Positions 1 through 9,087 of a DNA stretch of 64,000 nucleotides are shown in pieces. Origin of the DNA: Nitrospirota bacterium. GTDB taxonomy: Bacteria; Nitrospirota; UBA9217. Location: contig JAOUEV010000001.1 of NCBI GenBank assembly GCA_029858565.1, positions 96,001-160,000 of the forward strand. The letters are read 5' to 3'. Every line of letters begins with the position of its first letter. Position 1 is the first letter of the stretch. The position numbers were made by a program, and so were the translations under genes. A model generated the notes under the pieces. The model had not been told where the DNA came from. It did not search any database and worked only from the letters and a program-made list of their open reading frames with translations.

Positions 1-182
1 CGCCTTCCTCGATGACATGAAGCAAGGATGAGTGACAGCGATGACGAGCTAGGCATGCTTGAGTCACTCGTGGACCGGGCCCCGCTGTTCAGCGGCGGAG
101 GCGGCCAGACCTGAGTGAGACGGGTCCGGTCTTGTCAGCGTGCTGGAAGCGGCCGGTTCGATAGCCGCAGGCGTCCCGGGTT

Positions 183-211
183 TTGACAGGGGCGCCTTTT
201 TCTTGTATTAT
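183..211 (+). promoter_or_regulatory. sigma70-like promoter upstream of groES-like gene
   Basis: TTGACA-17 nt-TATTAT; no CIRCE inverted repeat seen. Confidence 0.55.
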
Positions 212-252
212 GAACATGCTGCATCATGCACATCGATCCGGAGGAGGATGCT

Positions 253-867
253 ATGAATGTAAAGCCTTTGAATGACTGGGCGGTCATTATCCCGTCTGAA
301 GCCGCCACCCGGACCGCCGGCGGCATCATCATTCCTGACAGCGCCAAGGAAAAGCCGTCCGAAGGGACCGTGGAGGCCATCGGCCCGGGCGCGCTCGAGG
401 AAGAGGGGTATGGCAAGAAAAAGAAGGAAAAGAAGGACCGCAAGTTCGTTCCTACTTCGGTAAAGCCCGGCGAGCGGGTCCTGTACGAAGCCTATGCCGG
501 CCACAAGATGGATGTAGGCGGACGGGAGATCGTGCTCGTGCGCGAACGGAACATCCTCGGCATCATGCCGCACAAGCCGGCGCAGCCCTACGTAGAGCTC
601 CCGCCGCTCCAGATACCCCATATGACATCGACCGCGGGAACGACCGCGCTGGCGAAGCGCGCTGTTACGTCGGTGATGGTGCCGAAAGCAGGCGCCGGAA
701 CCCCGGTCAAGACGGGAACAAAGAAAGCCGCGAAGAAATCTGCGAAAACGGCGGCAAAGAAGGCTGTGAAGAAAGCTGCAAAGAAGGCGGTAAAAAAGAC
801 CGTTAAGAAAGCGGCGGCGAAGCCCAAGAAGAAGACCGCTGCAAAGAAAACGAAGAAGAAACGGTAA
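253..867 (+). CDS. GroES/Cpn10-like protein with C-terminal Lys/Ala-rich histone H1-like tail
   Basis: VKPLNDW...RTAGGIIIPDSAKEKP...VEAIGPG...VKPGERVLY Cpn10 motifs, then KKAAKK repeats; RBS GAGGAGG before ATG 253. Confidence 0.8.
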   Translation: MNVKPLNDWAVIIPSEAATRTAGGIIIPDSAKEKPSEGTVEAIGPGALEEEGYGKKKKEKKDRKFVPTSVKPGERVLYEAYAGHKMDVGGREIVLVRERNILGIMPHKPAQPYVELPPLQIPHMTSTAGTTALAKRAVTSVMVPKAGAGTPVKTGTKKAAKKSAKTAAKKAVKKAAKKAVKKTVKKAAAKPKKKTAAKKTKKKR

Positions 868-873
868 CAGCGA

Positions 874-1482
874 ATGTCCATCCCTGAGAACGAACAAGCG
901 GAGCGCGAGGTCAAGATCCGCAGCATACTGCAGGAGGAACTGCAGGACGGCGAGGACCTTGCGAACGAGGCCCGGAGCATGGTCGGCTATCTTCTGCGGG
1001 AGAAGAAAGGATATGCTGCCGAGGACATCCGGAAGGGGCTGGCCTTTGAGGTGCAGCTCGGCGCTGAGACGGCGTGGTCGTCCGCTGACTTCCTTGTGTC
1101 GCTGAACGGCCGGATGGCCATGATCATCAAGTGCGCAGCGGGATCGCTCGACTCGCGGGAGCGCCAGGCTGTGGCCGCGGCGCGGGTCATTGCGTCTCCG
1201 CCGCTGCCGGTCGCGGTCGTTGCGGACCCGGTGCATGCAGAGGTGCTGGACGTGGCGAGCGGCAAGGTAGTGGGGGAAGGGTTCGGTGCGATCCCAACCA
1301 AAGAACAATTGACCGCGCTTGTCGCCAGCAAGGCTATGACGCCGCTCGATCCGAAACGGCTTGAGAAGGAGAAGCGCATCCTCCTGGCTTTTGACGCCAT
1401 CAAGTGCTGCGTGCCCCAGGGCGGGGACGGCAAGGGCGTCAATCTGCCGCGGGACGGCGGCGACCGTTGCTCCCCGAAGTAA
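874..1482 (+). CDS. type I restriction HsdR N-terminal-like (PD-(D/E)XK-like) domain protein, stand-alone
   Basis: 202-aa ORF; LLREKKGY..DI, ADFLV, IIKCAAGSLDSRERQAVAAAR resemble stand-alone HSDR_N_2 proteins. Confidence 0.55.
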   Translation: MSIPENEQAEREVKIRSILQEELQDGEDLANEARSMVGYLLREKKGYAAEDIRKGLAFEVQLGAETAWSSADFLVSLNGRMAMIIKCAAGSLDSRERQAVAAARVIASPPLPVAVVADPVHAEVLDVASGKVVGEGFGAIPTKEQLTALVASKAMTPLDPKRLEKEKRILLAFDAIKCCVPQGGDGKGVNLPRDGGDRCSPK

Positions 1483-1556
1483 ATTCCCCTGAAAGCTGAA
1501 GGGTCCCGGAGTTCCGGCGTTTTTCCCGTCGTTAATCCGGACTTCCATTGCCCACT

Positions 1557-4500
1557 ATGCCGCGGCGAATATCCATAGCAAAACTCTCGATTCCCTCGAC
1601 CAAGGGCAGCGTGGCGCGCACGCGGCTGTTCAAATCGCTCGACGAGGGCTCCCGCCCGGTCACCTGGATATCGGGACCCGCGGGATCGGGGAAAACGACG
1701 CTCATCGCGAGCTATTGCGCCGTCCGCAGGCTCCCGACCCTGTGGTACCGCGCCGACGCGGGCGACGGGGACCCTGCGACGTTCTTCTATTATCTCGGCC
1801 TCGCGGCACGGAAGGCGGCGCCGCGCAGGCGCAAGCCCCTGCCGCTGTTCACGCCGGAGTATTTTCTGGGAGCGGCGGTGTTTGCGCAGCGATACTTCGA
1901 GGAGCTCTTCGGCCGCCTTCCCTCCCGCGCCGCGATCGTGATCGACGATTACCACACCGTCGCTCCCGATTCTCCTTTGCATGCGATGACGGCGGCGGGA
2001 TTCGGCGTGCTGCCGGAGGGCATCCGGGTGTTCGTCACGAGCCGGAGCGGCCCGCCGGAGATGCTTGCGGGGCTGCGCGCGCAGGGGCGCATAGACATGC
2101 TCGGCTGGGAGGACTTGAAATTTACCCGGGAAGAGACCCGGGCGCTGGTGAGGAATGCGGGCCATGCGCGGCCGGCCCCGGACCTGGTCGCCGGGCTCCG
2201 GGCGACCACCGACGGGTGGAGCGCGGGCCTGGCGCTGCTCCTGGAACGGATGAAGAAGAGGCCCCTGGCCGGTCTCGCGGCTTCCCACCACTCCCGGGAG
2301 GAGATATTCGACTATTTCGCATCCCAGATCCTGGCTACGCTCGACGAAGAACGCAGGGCGTTCCTCCTGACGACGGCGCTTTTGCCGGAAATGACGGCGG
2401 CCGCGGCGGAAGATCTGAGCGGCGCCCCGCGCGCCTCGCGGATACTCTCGGACTTCGCGCGGGACCAGTTCTTTACGACAAGGCACGCGCGGAACGACGA
2501 CGTGTACCTCTACCATCCGCTCTTCCGGGAGTTTCTGACCGTCCGGGCGGAACGGGAGTTTTTGCCGGACCGGCTGCAGGCCCTCCGGAACCGGGCGGCC
2601 CGCATCCTGCAGCGCGAGGGAAGGTCCGAGGACGCCGCGGCGCTCATGGCTTCGGCAGGGGACTGGGACGGCCTCGCCGGGATCGTGCGCGAACAGGCGC
2701 CGGATCTCGTGCGCCAGGGACGGCACAAGACCGTCGAACACTGGCTGCTCCGCATGCCCGCGGAGGTCGTCGGCCGGTCCGGCTGGCTGTCGTACTGGCG
2801 CGCGGTCAGCGCCATGCCCTCCGATCTCACGGCGAGCCTGAACCTGTTCGAGCGCGCCTTCCGGCTGTTCGAAGCGGAAGGCGACCGGCCGGCGGCCCTG
2901 CTTGCCTGGTCGGGCGCGGTGGAAGCGATTTTTCTGGAGCGGGGGGATTTCACCAGGCTCGATCCATGGCTTGCATGGATCGACGAAATTCTCGGTGATG
3001 AGCCGGAGTTCCCCTCCGCCGAGGCGGAGGTCCGGGTCGTCACGAGCGTCGTCATCGCGCTGACCTTCCGGCGGCCGGACCATCCCCGCGTCTGCGCGTG
3101 GGCGGACCGTGCCTTCACCCTGGCGCAGCGAAACATCGACACCGGCGCCCGGATGTCCCTTGCGAATGTCCTCGTCTTTTTCGCCGTTCTATTCGGCGAT
3201 TTCACGAAGGTGTCCTTCCTCCTCGGCATGATCCGGCCGCTTGTCAGGACGGCCGATATCCATCCGCTCACCGCGATTCTCTGGCTCTCCATCGATGCCT
3301 GCGCCCGTTACTGGGTTGACGTGTCCAGCAAGGAGTCGCTCCGGGCCGTGGATGCGGGCATGGCGACTGCGCGCTCCAGCGGAGTGCGGGTTCTCGACTT
3401 CGTTCTCGCGGCCCAGGGAGCGCACGCAGCCATCGCGGCGGGGGACGTCGAAACAGCGCAGCGGTTCCTCGATGAAATGGCGCCGGTCATGGCCACTTCG
3501 CGTTTGACCGATCAGGCGAATTTTTACTATCTGCTGGCCTGGCTGGACCTCTACCGGGGAGATTCTCGTGCGGCGGCGCGGCACGCGGAGAGGGGAATCC
3601 AATTGGCCGCGGAAGCGGGAGCGGCCATTCCCGTCATTGCCACGCGAACCGGCCTGTCCCATGCGCTCATGAGCCTGGGAGACAATGATGCAGCTGAGAA
3701 ACAGATTTCCCTGGCGCGGTGCACGGCCGCCGGCATCCCGAGCATGCAGATGGAACTGATTCTGCTCTTTGCTGAAGCGCGGCTTGCCTTTCTTCGCGGA
3801 GCGGAGAAGGCCGGACGGTCCGTTCTCCGGAAAGCCCTGGTGCTGAGCCGCGACAACCGTTACTGGAATATGCCCTACTGGACGCCCGGCATCATGACGC
3901 CGCTTTGCATCAAAGCGCTCGACGGGGGTATCGAGAGAGAGTATGTCCGTGAGCTGATCAGGAAGCGAAATCTCTTTCCCGAAGAGTCGTTGCTCCTGAC
4001 GGAGAATTGGCCCTGGCCCGTCGAAATCCGCACCCTGGGCAGGTTTGAGATCGTTGTCGACGGGAAGCCGCACCGGTCGCCCGGGAAAGTGCAGCAACGG
4101 CCGCTGCAGCTCCTGAAAGCGCTGATCGCATTCGGCGCGCGCGAAGTGAGCCAGCCCAGTCTGAACGACGCGCTCTGGCCCGACGCGGACGGCGATTTGG
4201 CGAACCAGGCCTTTAAGACGACCCTGCACCGTCTGCGGCAGCTTCTGGGGAACGAGAAGGCCGTCGTCGTGAGCGACGGATTGGTGACCCTTGATCAGCG
4301 TCATTGCCGCGTTGATGTCCTGGTCTTCGAGCAACTGGCCGGCGAGGCCGCCGCTGCTTCGTCAGCGGGAGCAACGGACCAGGCCCGGGTCTTGCTCGAA
4401 AAGGCGGCGGCACTGTACACGGGCACCTTCCTTCCTGCGGAGGAGGGGAGCGTCTGGGCTGTTTCGCTTCGCGAGCGGCTGAAGGCGGGGTATCTGAAAA

Positions 4501-4754
4501 CCATTGTCCGGCTCGGCGCGCTGTATGCCTCGTCCTCGAACTGGGACAAGGCCGCGGATTGTTACCAGAAAGCACTGGATACGGACGATCTTGCCGAGGA
4601 GTTTTACCTCGGCCTGATGGAGTGTCATATCAGGCGGGGCCGGCCCGCCGAGGCTGCCCGCGTCTATGCCCGCTGCCGGAACAGGCTCATGGCTGCGCTG
4701 GGAGTCGGTCCGTCGCAGACCATCGAAGAACTTCACGCACGCCTGAAACGCTGA
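1557..4754 (+). CDS. MalT-like STAND ATPase / TPR / wHTH-BTAD (SARP-type) transcriptional regulator
   Basis: Walker A GPAGSGKTT, Walker B IVIDDYH, YHPLFREFL, C-terminal TLGRFEI...LWPD...TTLHRLRQLLG and BTAD-like region. Confidence 0.85.
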   Translation: MPRRISIAKLSIPSTKGSVARTRLFKSLDEGSRPVTWISGPAGSGKTTLIASYCAVRRLPTLWYRADAGDGDPATFFYYLGLAARKAAPRRRKPLPLFTPEYFLGAAVFAQRYFEELFGRLPSRAAIVIDDYHTVAPDSPLHAMTAAGFGVLPEGIRVFVTSRSGPPEMLAGLRAQGRIDMLGWEDLKFTREETRALVRNAGHARPAPDLVAGLRATTDGWSAGLALLLERMKKRPLAGLAASHHSREEIFDYFASQILATLDEERRAFLLTTALLPEMTAAAAEDLSGAPRASRILSDFARDQFFTTRHARNDDVYLYHPLFREFLTVRAEREFLPDRLQALRNRAARILQREGRSEDAAALMASAGDWDGLAGIVREQAPDLVRQGRHKTVEHWLLRMPAEVVGRSGWLSYWRAVSAMPSDLTASLNLFERAFRLFEAEGDRPAALLAWSGAVEAIFLERGDFTRLDPWLAWIDEILGDEPEFPSAEAEVRVVTSVVIALTFRRPDHPRVCAWADRAFTLAQRNIDTGARMSLANVLVFFAVLFGDFTKVSFLLGMIRPLVRTADIHPLTAILWLSIDACARYWVDVSSKESLRAVDAGMATARSSGVRVLDFVLAAQGAHAAIAAGDVETAQRFLDEMAPVMATSRLTDQANFYYLLAWLDLYRGDSRAAARHAERGIQLAAEAGAAIPVIATRTGLSHALMSLGDNDAAEKQISLARCTAAGIPSMQMELILLFAEARLAFLRGAEKAGRSVLRKALVLSRDNRYWNMPYWTPGIMTPLCIKALDGGIEREYVRELIRKRNLFPEESLLLTENWPWPVEIRTLGRFEIVVDGKPHRSPGKVQQRPLQLLKALIAFGAREVSQPSLNDALWPDADGDLANQAFKTTLHRLRQLLGNEKAVVVSDGLVTLDQRHCRVDVLVFEQLAGEAAAASSAGATDQARVLLEKAAALYTGTFLPAEEGSVWAVSLRERLKAGYLKTIVRLGALYASSSNWDKAADCYQKALDTDDLAEEFYLGLMECHIRRGRPAEAARVYARCRNRLMAALGVGPSQTIEELHARLKR

Positions 4755-4963
4755 TAAACCGCATTGTTTTTTCTGCATTTTCAAACCGCCCTGAGAGCAG
4801 CCATATTTCCCCGCTGTGCCACAATCGGTTCATCGCATCCGTAACCTATCCGTAACCTGTCCTCTTGTAGTATTCCCCATAGTGAATAACGACGAGTCCC
4901 CTGTCAAGCCGGCGCTGGGCGCTGGCAGGGACACGCCTAACCCGGACAAGCCGGAACTATAAA
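4737..4963 (+). repeat. 227-bp duplicated regulatory block, copy 1 (copy 2 at 7612-7838)
   Basis: near-identical sequence including last regulator codons, direct repeats, -10 and leader. Confidence 0.9.
4837..4873 (+). promoter_or_regulatory. putative SARP/BTAD-activated promoter
   Basis: ATCCGTAACCT x2 (11-bp period) in the -35 position, then TAGTAT at 4868-4873. Confidence 0.6.
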
Positions 4964-4982
4964 ACCAAAGGAGGTAATTATT

Positions 4983-6086
4983 ATGAAAAAGAGACATTTC
5001 GGGTTTTTTGCGGCATTGGTCTTGTGTTTATCATTGATAGCGGCCGCCTGCGGCGGGGGCGGCGGAGGGGGCATCCCGTCGGCGGCTACGCTTACCTCCA
5101 TCGCCGTAACTCCTGCCACCCCGAGCATTGCTCTGGGGACAACGCAGCAGTTCGCTGCCACGGGAACGTTTTCGGACGGAAGCACACAAAACCTGACCAC
5201 ACAGGTTGGCTGGAGCTCTTCGGACACGGGAAAGGCGACCATCAACAGCGCCGGCCTTGCCACGTCAGTTGCCGTCGGGACAACGACTGTCACGGCGACT
5301 TCAGGCAACATCGTGGGAACCGCCACTTTGACGGTAACCAACGCGACGCTCGCATCCATCGCCGTAACGCCGGCAACCGCGAGCATCGCTACGGGCGCGA
5401 CCCAGCAGTTCACTGCCAGGGGGACCTACTCGGACGGCAGCGCGAAGGATATCACGGCGTCGGTGACGTGGGCCTCATCGGACGTCACGCGGGCAACCGT
5501 GAGCGCGGCGGGATTGGCGACTGCGGCTTCAAATGCCGCCGGCTCGACCACTATCACGGCGACCTCGGGAAGCGTCTCGGGGAGCGCCGTGCTCAAGATC
5601 ATCGTCAATCTCCCCAAGACCGGCCAGGTCACATCATACGGCACGGGGTCGATCGACGATGGCGCATTGCAAAGAGGCGTTGCCTGGCCGACTCCGAGGT
5701 TCACCGCCGGAACGGGCGCAGAGGTTGACTGCGTGACCGACAACCTCACCGGGCTCATGTGGGTAAAGGCGCCGGATTCCACCATTACAAGGACATGGCA
5801 GGAGGCGCTGGACTATGCCAATGGTTTGGACCTTTGCGGCCACACCGACTGGCGGCTGCCGAACAAAAAGGAACTCAGGAGCCTTGCCAACTATGGGGAG
5901 GCCGATGTAGCTACATGGCTGAACAACCAGGGATTCAGCAATGTGCAGGCAAGCTTCTACTGGTCGTCTACGACGTACGCCGGTCTTACGACGTTGGCAG
6001 GGTTCGTCAGCATGTTCAACGGCCTCATGGGCTACGACACTAAGGGCGGTAGCTACTACGCGTGGCCTGTGCGCTCCGGACAGTAG
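4983..6086 (+). CDS. lipoprotein, 2x Ig-like (Big_2) + Lcl/DUF1566 C-type lectin domain; putative DGR target
   Basis: lipobox IAAA-C + Gly linker; SIAVTPA..SIA.G.TQQF.A.GT repeats; TDNLTGLMW, DWRLPN..EL, YWSST...WPVRSGQ. Confidence 0.85.
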   Translation: MKKRHFGFFAALVLCLSLIAAACGGGGGGGIPSAATLTSIAVTPATPSIALGTTQQFAATGTFSDGSTQNLTTQVGWSSSDTGKATINSAGLATSVAVGTTTVTATSGNIVGTATLTVTNATLASIAVTPATASIATGATQQFTARGTYSDGSAKDITASVTWASSDVTRATVSAAGLATAASNAAGSTTITATSGSVSGSAVLKIIVNLPKTGQVTSYGTGSIDDGALQRGVAWPTPRFTAGTGAEVDCVTDNLTGLMWVKAPDSTITRTWQEALDYANGLDLCGHTDWRLPNKKELRSLANYGEADVATWLNNQGFSNVQASFYWSSTTYAGLTTLAGFVSMFNGLMGYDTKGGSYYAWPVRSGQ

Positions 6087-6125
6087 GTTATTCGGCCATT
6101 TGGTCATTTGAGGTTTCGGCGAATC

Positions 6126-6300
6126 ATGGCGCAATATGAGCATTTGCCCATATATAAAAAAGGCGATGGATTTGGCCATATACATCGAAAACATCGTCAG
6201 GGGTTTTTCGAGATACCACAAGTACATCCTGGGCACGGACCTGCGGAACCTGTCCCGCACGGTTGTGCGGCTGATCATCAGGGCGAATTCCGAAAGGAGG
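6126..6300 (+). pseudogene. avd: DGR accessory Avd-like four-helix-bundle gene, frameshifted and truncated
   Basis: MAQYEHLPIYK(+1 at AAAAAAG)AMDLAIYIENIVRGFSRYHKYILGTDLRNLS...IIRANS; lies right after a variable-region-like 3' end. Confidence 0.7.
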
Positions 6301-6307
6301 AATCAAT

Positions 6308-6913
6308 ATGTTGAAGAAAATTATGATGCTTGCGGTTGTAATGGTGTTTGCGGCTGTTGCGGCGTATGCCGCGCCCGCGGATATTCCCAAGACCGGGCAG
6401 ACAAAGTGCTATAACACTGCAGGAGCGGAGATTGCCTGCGCTAACACCGGGCAGGACGGCGACAAGCTGGCAGGCGTTGCCTGGCCGACTCCGAGGTTCA
6501 CGGTCGGAACAGGCGCAGAAGTTGACTGCGTAACCGACAACCTTACCGGGCTCATGTGGGTAAAGGCGCCGGATCCCACCGGAAGGACATGGCAGGAGGC
6601 GCTGGACTATGCCGATGGTTTGGACCTTTGCGGCCACACCGACTGGCGGCTGCCGAACGTGAATGAGCTCGAAAGCCTTCTCCATGCGGAATACACGAAT
6701 ACAACATTGTGCGGCGGCGCAGGGTGTAGTGACAACGCCGCGTGGCTGAACACCCAGGGCTTCAGCAATGTGCAGGCTCACTACTACTGGTCGTCCAGTA
6801 CGTATGCCGCTGATACGACGTTAGCATGGCTCGTCCATATGGTCTTCGGCGGCGTGTACAGCGACGATAAGACCTCTATATTCAACGTGTGGCCTGTGCG
6901 CGCCGGACACTAG
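6308..6913 (+). CDS. secreted Lcl/DUF1566 C-type lectin protein; putative DGR target
   Basis: signal peptide; PKTGQTKCY, TDNLTGLMW, DWRLPNVNEL, YWSSST...WPVRAGH; core nearly identical to 4983-6086. Confidence 0.85.
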   Translation: MLKKIMMLAVVMVFAAVAAYAAPADIPKTGQTKCYNTAGAEIACANTGQDGDKLAGVAWPTPRFTVGTGAEVDCVTDNLTGLMWVKAPDPTGRTWQEALDYADGLDLCGHTDWRLPNVNELESLLHAEYTNTTLCGGAGCSDNAAWLNTQGFSNVQAHYYWSSSTYAADTTLAWLVHMVFGGVYSDDKTSIFNVWPVRAGH

Positions 6914-7116
6914 GCCGCTGCCGGTCTTGCCAATGCGGCAAAATTCAAGCATTGGATACCGGCGATGCGGTCTACGACAAATGCAGCAATTGGGCGGACG
7001 GAATCAGCGCAACAGCAGGTATATCAGGTTTGCCGTATACGACGAATATTTATTGGACATACGGCGCCTATCTGACCTGCGATATGGAGGCGTTGCTCTA
7101 TTACCTGGAAGACTGA
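6914..7116 (+). pseudogene. internally deleted 3' remnant of a paralog of the 9956-12109 lectin-like gene
   Basis: 6914-6955 matches about 11720-11756; C-terminus TCDMEALLYYLED vs TCDTQASLYCLED; shared downstream UTR. Confidence 0.75.
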
Positions 7117-7151
7117 GTTTTCGCAGGAATCAGGAAGACACGTAGTGCTTT

Positions 7152-7181
7152 GCGGCCGCCCTCCGGGGCGGCCGTTTCTTT
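7152..7181 (+). terminator. intrinsic terminator
   Basis: GCGGCCGCCC-TCCG-GGGCGGCCGT followed by TTCTTT. Confidence 0.85.
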
Positions 7182-7184
7182 GTG

Positions 7185-7610
7185 GTGCGCCCGGCAGGGC
7201 GCACACCCTTGGAGGTGAAAGTCCTCTACGGACCCTGATGACGGGAACCGTTAGCTGAACCGCAAGGGCTGCCGGGCTCACCGGGGTCTGAAGGAAGCGG
7301 TAAGCAAATCTCCGGCCCGAAGAACATGAAGCGCATACAAGGCGCCGCGTCTGGGCGAGACGGCCATAAGATTCAAAGCCCGATAGTCATTCGGAAGGCG
7401 CGGAAGTAGATGCGACGGGTATATGGGGTGAAAGTGGGTGCGCAATACCCGGGGAGGTCTGCGCGTCATGCGGTAGGAGCGTCGTGAGGGAGTCCGGGGA
7501 CGGGTCAGCCCGGCAACCAAGACCCAGGCGCAGCAGCGGCTGTCATCTGCAGCGAGTCCCCTTAAGGCAGGGGAAATACGAACCAGACAGCATCTCAGGA
7601 CGAATCCTCC
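7185..7610 (+). mobile_element. 5' fragment of a group IIC intron (no RT ORF, no domains V/VI)
   Basis: begins GTGCGCCCGGCAGGG 3 nt after terminator T-tract; GGTGAAAGTCC, GAAGGAAGCG, ATACCCGGGGAGGTCTG domain-I-like motifs; 3' boundary approximate. Confidence 0.75.
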
Positions 7611-7611
7611 A

Positions 7612-7838
7612 GCACGCCTGAAACGCTGATAAATCGCATTGTTTTTTCTGCATTTTCAAACCGCCCTGGGAACAGCCATATTTCCCCGCTGTGCCGCAAT
7701 CGGTTCATCGCATCCGTAACCTATCCGTAACCTGTCCTGTTGTAGTATCCCCCAAGTGAAAAACGACGGGCCCCCCTTTCAAGCTGGCGCTGGGCGCCGG
7801 CAGGGACACGCATAACCCGGACAAGCCGGAACCATAAA
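7612..7838 (+). repeat. 227-bp duplicated regulatory block, copy 2, with SARP-like repeats 7712-7733 and -10 at 7743-7748
   Basis: direct match to 4737-4963. Confidence 0.9.
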
Positions 7839-7934
7839 TCCGATACTATTCACCACGGATGCACGCGGATGAGCACGGACAAAACTTAAGATAAACGCCT
7901 TTATCAATAAGCCATAAATAAGGAGGGAAGGGAA

Positions 7935-9053
7935 ATGAAGATGCTATTGAGGCTTTCTTTCACAGTATTGCTGGCAGTCATGGCTCTATCCGGGTGCGGC
8001 GGAGGTGGTGGGGAAGGGGGCGGTGCTCCCGCGTCATCGGCCAAGGCCATTACCGCCTTTTCTCTCGACGGGGTTGCGGGGACAATAAATGAAACGGCAA
8101 AGACGATCTCCGTCACCATGCCGTACGGCACGAATGTCACGGCCCTGGTTGCGACGTTCACGAGCACCGGGGCGAGCGTAAAGGTAGGCTCGGCCGTCCA
8201 GACAAGCGGGACAACGGCGAATGACTTCACAAACCCCGTGTCATACACGGTAACGGCGGCGGACGGCACAATAGCGGCATATACCGTGACGGTGACCGTG
8301 GCCCTGAGCTCCGCCAAGGCCATTACCGCCTTTTCTCTCGACGGGGTTGCGGGGACAATAAATGAAACGGCAAAGACGATTTCCGTCGCAATGCCGTACG
8401 GCACGAATGTCACGGCTGTCACGGCCCTGGTTGCGACGTTCGCGACCACCGGGGAGAGCGTAACAGTAGGCTCGGCCGTCCAGACAAGCGGGACAACGGC
8501 GAATGACTTCACAAGCCCCGTGTCATACACGGTAACGGCGGCGGACGGTACAACGGCGACATATACCGTGACGGTGACAGTAGGCAAACTCCCGGATACC
8601 GGCCAAACGGGAGACTACACCGCTACCATCGGAGAAGACAGCGATTATACCATTAACTCTCCCTCTTACACTGATAACGGAGACGGCACAATCACCGACA
8701 ATGTCACGAAACTTACGTGGCAGAAGTGTTCCCCGGGACAAAGCGGAGCGGATTGCGCCGCCGGCACCGCGACGGAATATAGCTGGGACAATGCAGGTAC
8801 AGCCTGCGCCGGCCTTGGGACAGGCTGGCGTCTACCCACGCGCATGGAACTGCTCACAATAGCCGATTACGGGGTATCTGCCCCGGCAATAAACGGCGTT
8901 TCTTTCCCAGGCACGATCACATGGTACTACTGGACGTCCACTACTTACGCGGGCGGTACGACGAATGCGTGGGTCGTGGCCTTCGGCGGCGGCACCGCGG
9001 ACTGGTACGATAAGACTAGCGTGAACTATGTCCGTTGCGTGCGAGGACAGTGA
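7935..9053 (+). CDS. lipoprotein, 2x beta-sandwich repeats (DUF5018-like) + Lcl/DUF1566 domain; putative DGR target
   Basis: lipobox LSG-C; two near-identical SSAKAITAFS...YTVTAADGT repeats; DNGDGTITDNVT.LTWQ, WRLPT..EL, YWTST...VRCVRGQ. Confidence 0.85.
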   Translation: MKMLLRLSFTVLLAVMALSGCGGGGGEGGGAPASSAKAITAFSLDGVAGTINETAKTISVTMPYGTNVTALVATFTSTGASVKVGSAVQTSGTTANDFTNPVSYTVTAADGTIAAYTVTVTVALSSAKAITAFSLDGVAGTINETAKTISVAMPYGTNVTAVTALVATFATTGESVTVGSAVQTSGTTANDFTSPVSYTVTAADGTTATYTVTVTVGKLPDTGQTGDYTATIGEDSDYTINSPSYTDNGDGTITDNVTKLTWQKCSPGQSGADCAAGTATEYSWDNAGTACAGLGTGWRLPTRMELLTIADYGVSAPAINGVSFPGTITWYYWTSTTYAGGTTNAWVVAFGGGTADWYDKTSVNYVRCVRGQ

Positions 9054-9087
9054 GTCGGTCATTTAAATTCAAAGGAGGGGGTTGTCT

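Noticed and set aside
1-115. 3' end of an upstream gene
   Set aside because: Too short to assign a frame or product
874-1482. Type I restriction-modification system
   Set aside because: No hsdM, hsdS or helicase domain nearby
987-3083. Long antisense ORFs (also 208-1548, 18546-19712, 37450-39519, 51115-52584)
   Set aside because: Shadow frames of well-supported genes in high-GC DNA; no recognisable motifs
4875-4960. c-di-GMP riboswitch in the lipoprotein leader
   Set aside because: No GEMM-like GNRA tetraloop/receptor pattern recognised
6150-6165. Programmed -1 frameshift at AAAAAAG in the avd-like gene
   Set aside because: Restoring the frame needs +1, and the gene is truncated anyway
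6914-7116. Possible DGR template repeat for the 9956-12109 gene
   Set aside because: Differences involve all bases and many third positions, not adenine-specific; better explained as a diverged paralog remnant
7185-7610. Intron RT as the DGR reverse transcriptase
   Set aside because: No RT ORF or YxDD-containing RT-like frame is present here
8035-8580. Near-identical about 270-bp tandem DNA repeat as a mobile or CRISPR-like array
   Set aside because: In-frame protein domain duplication
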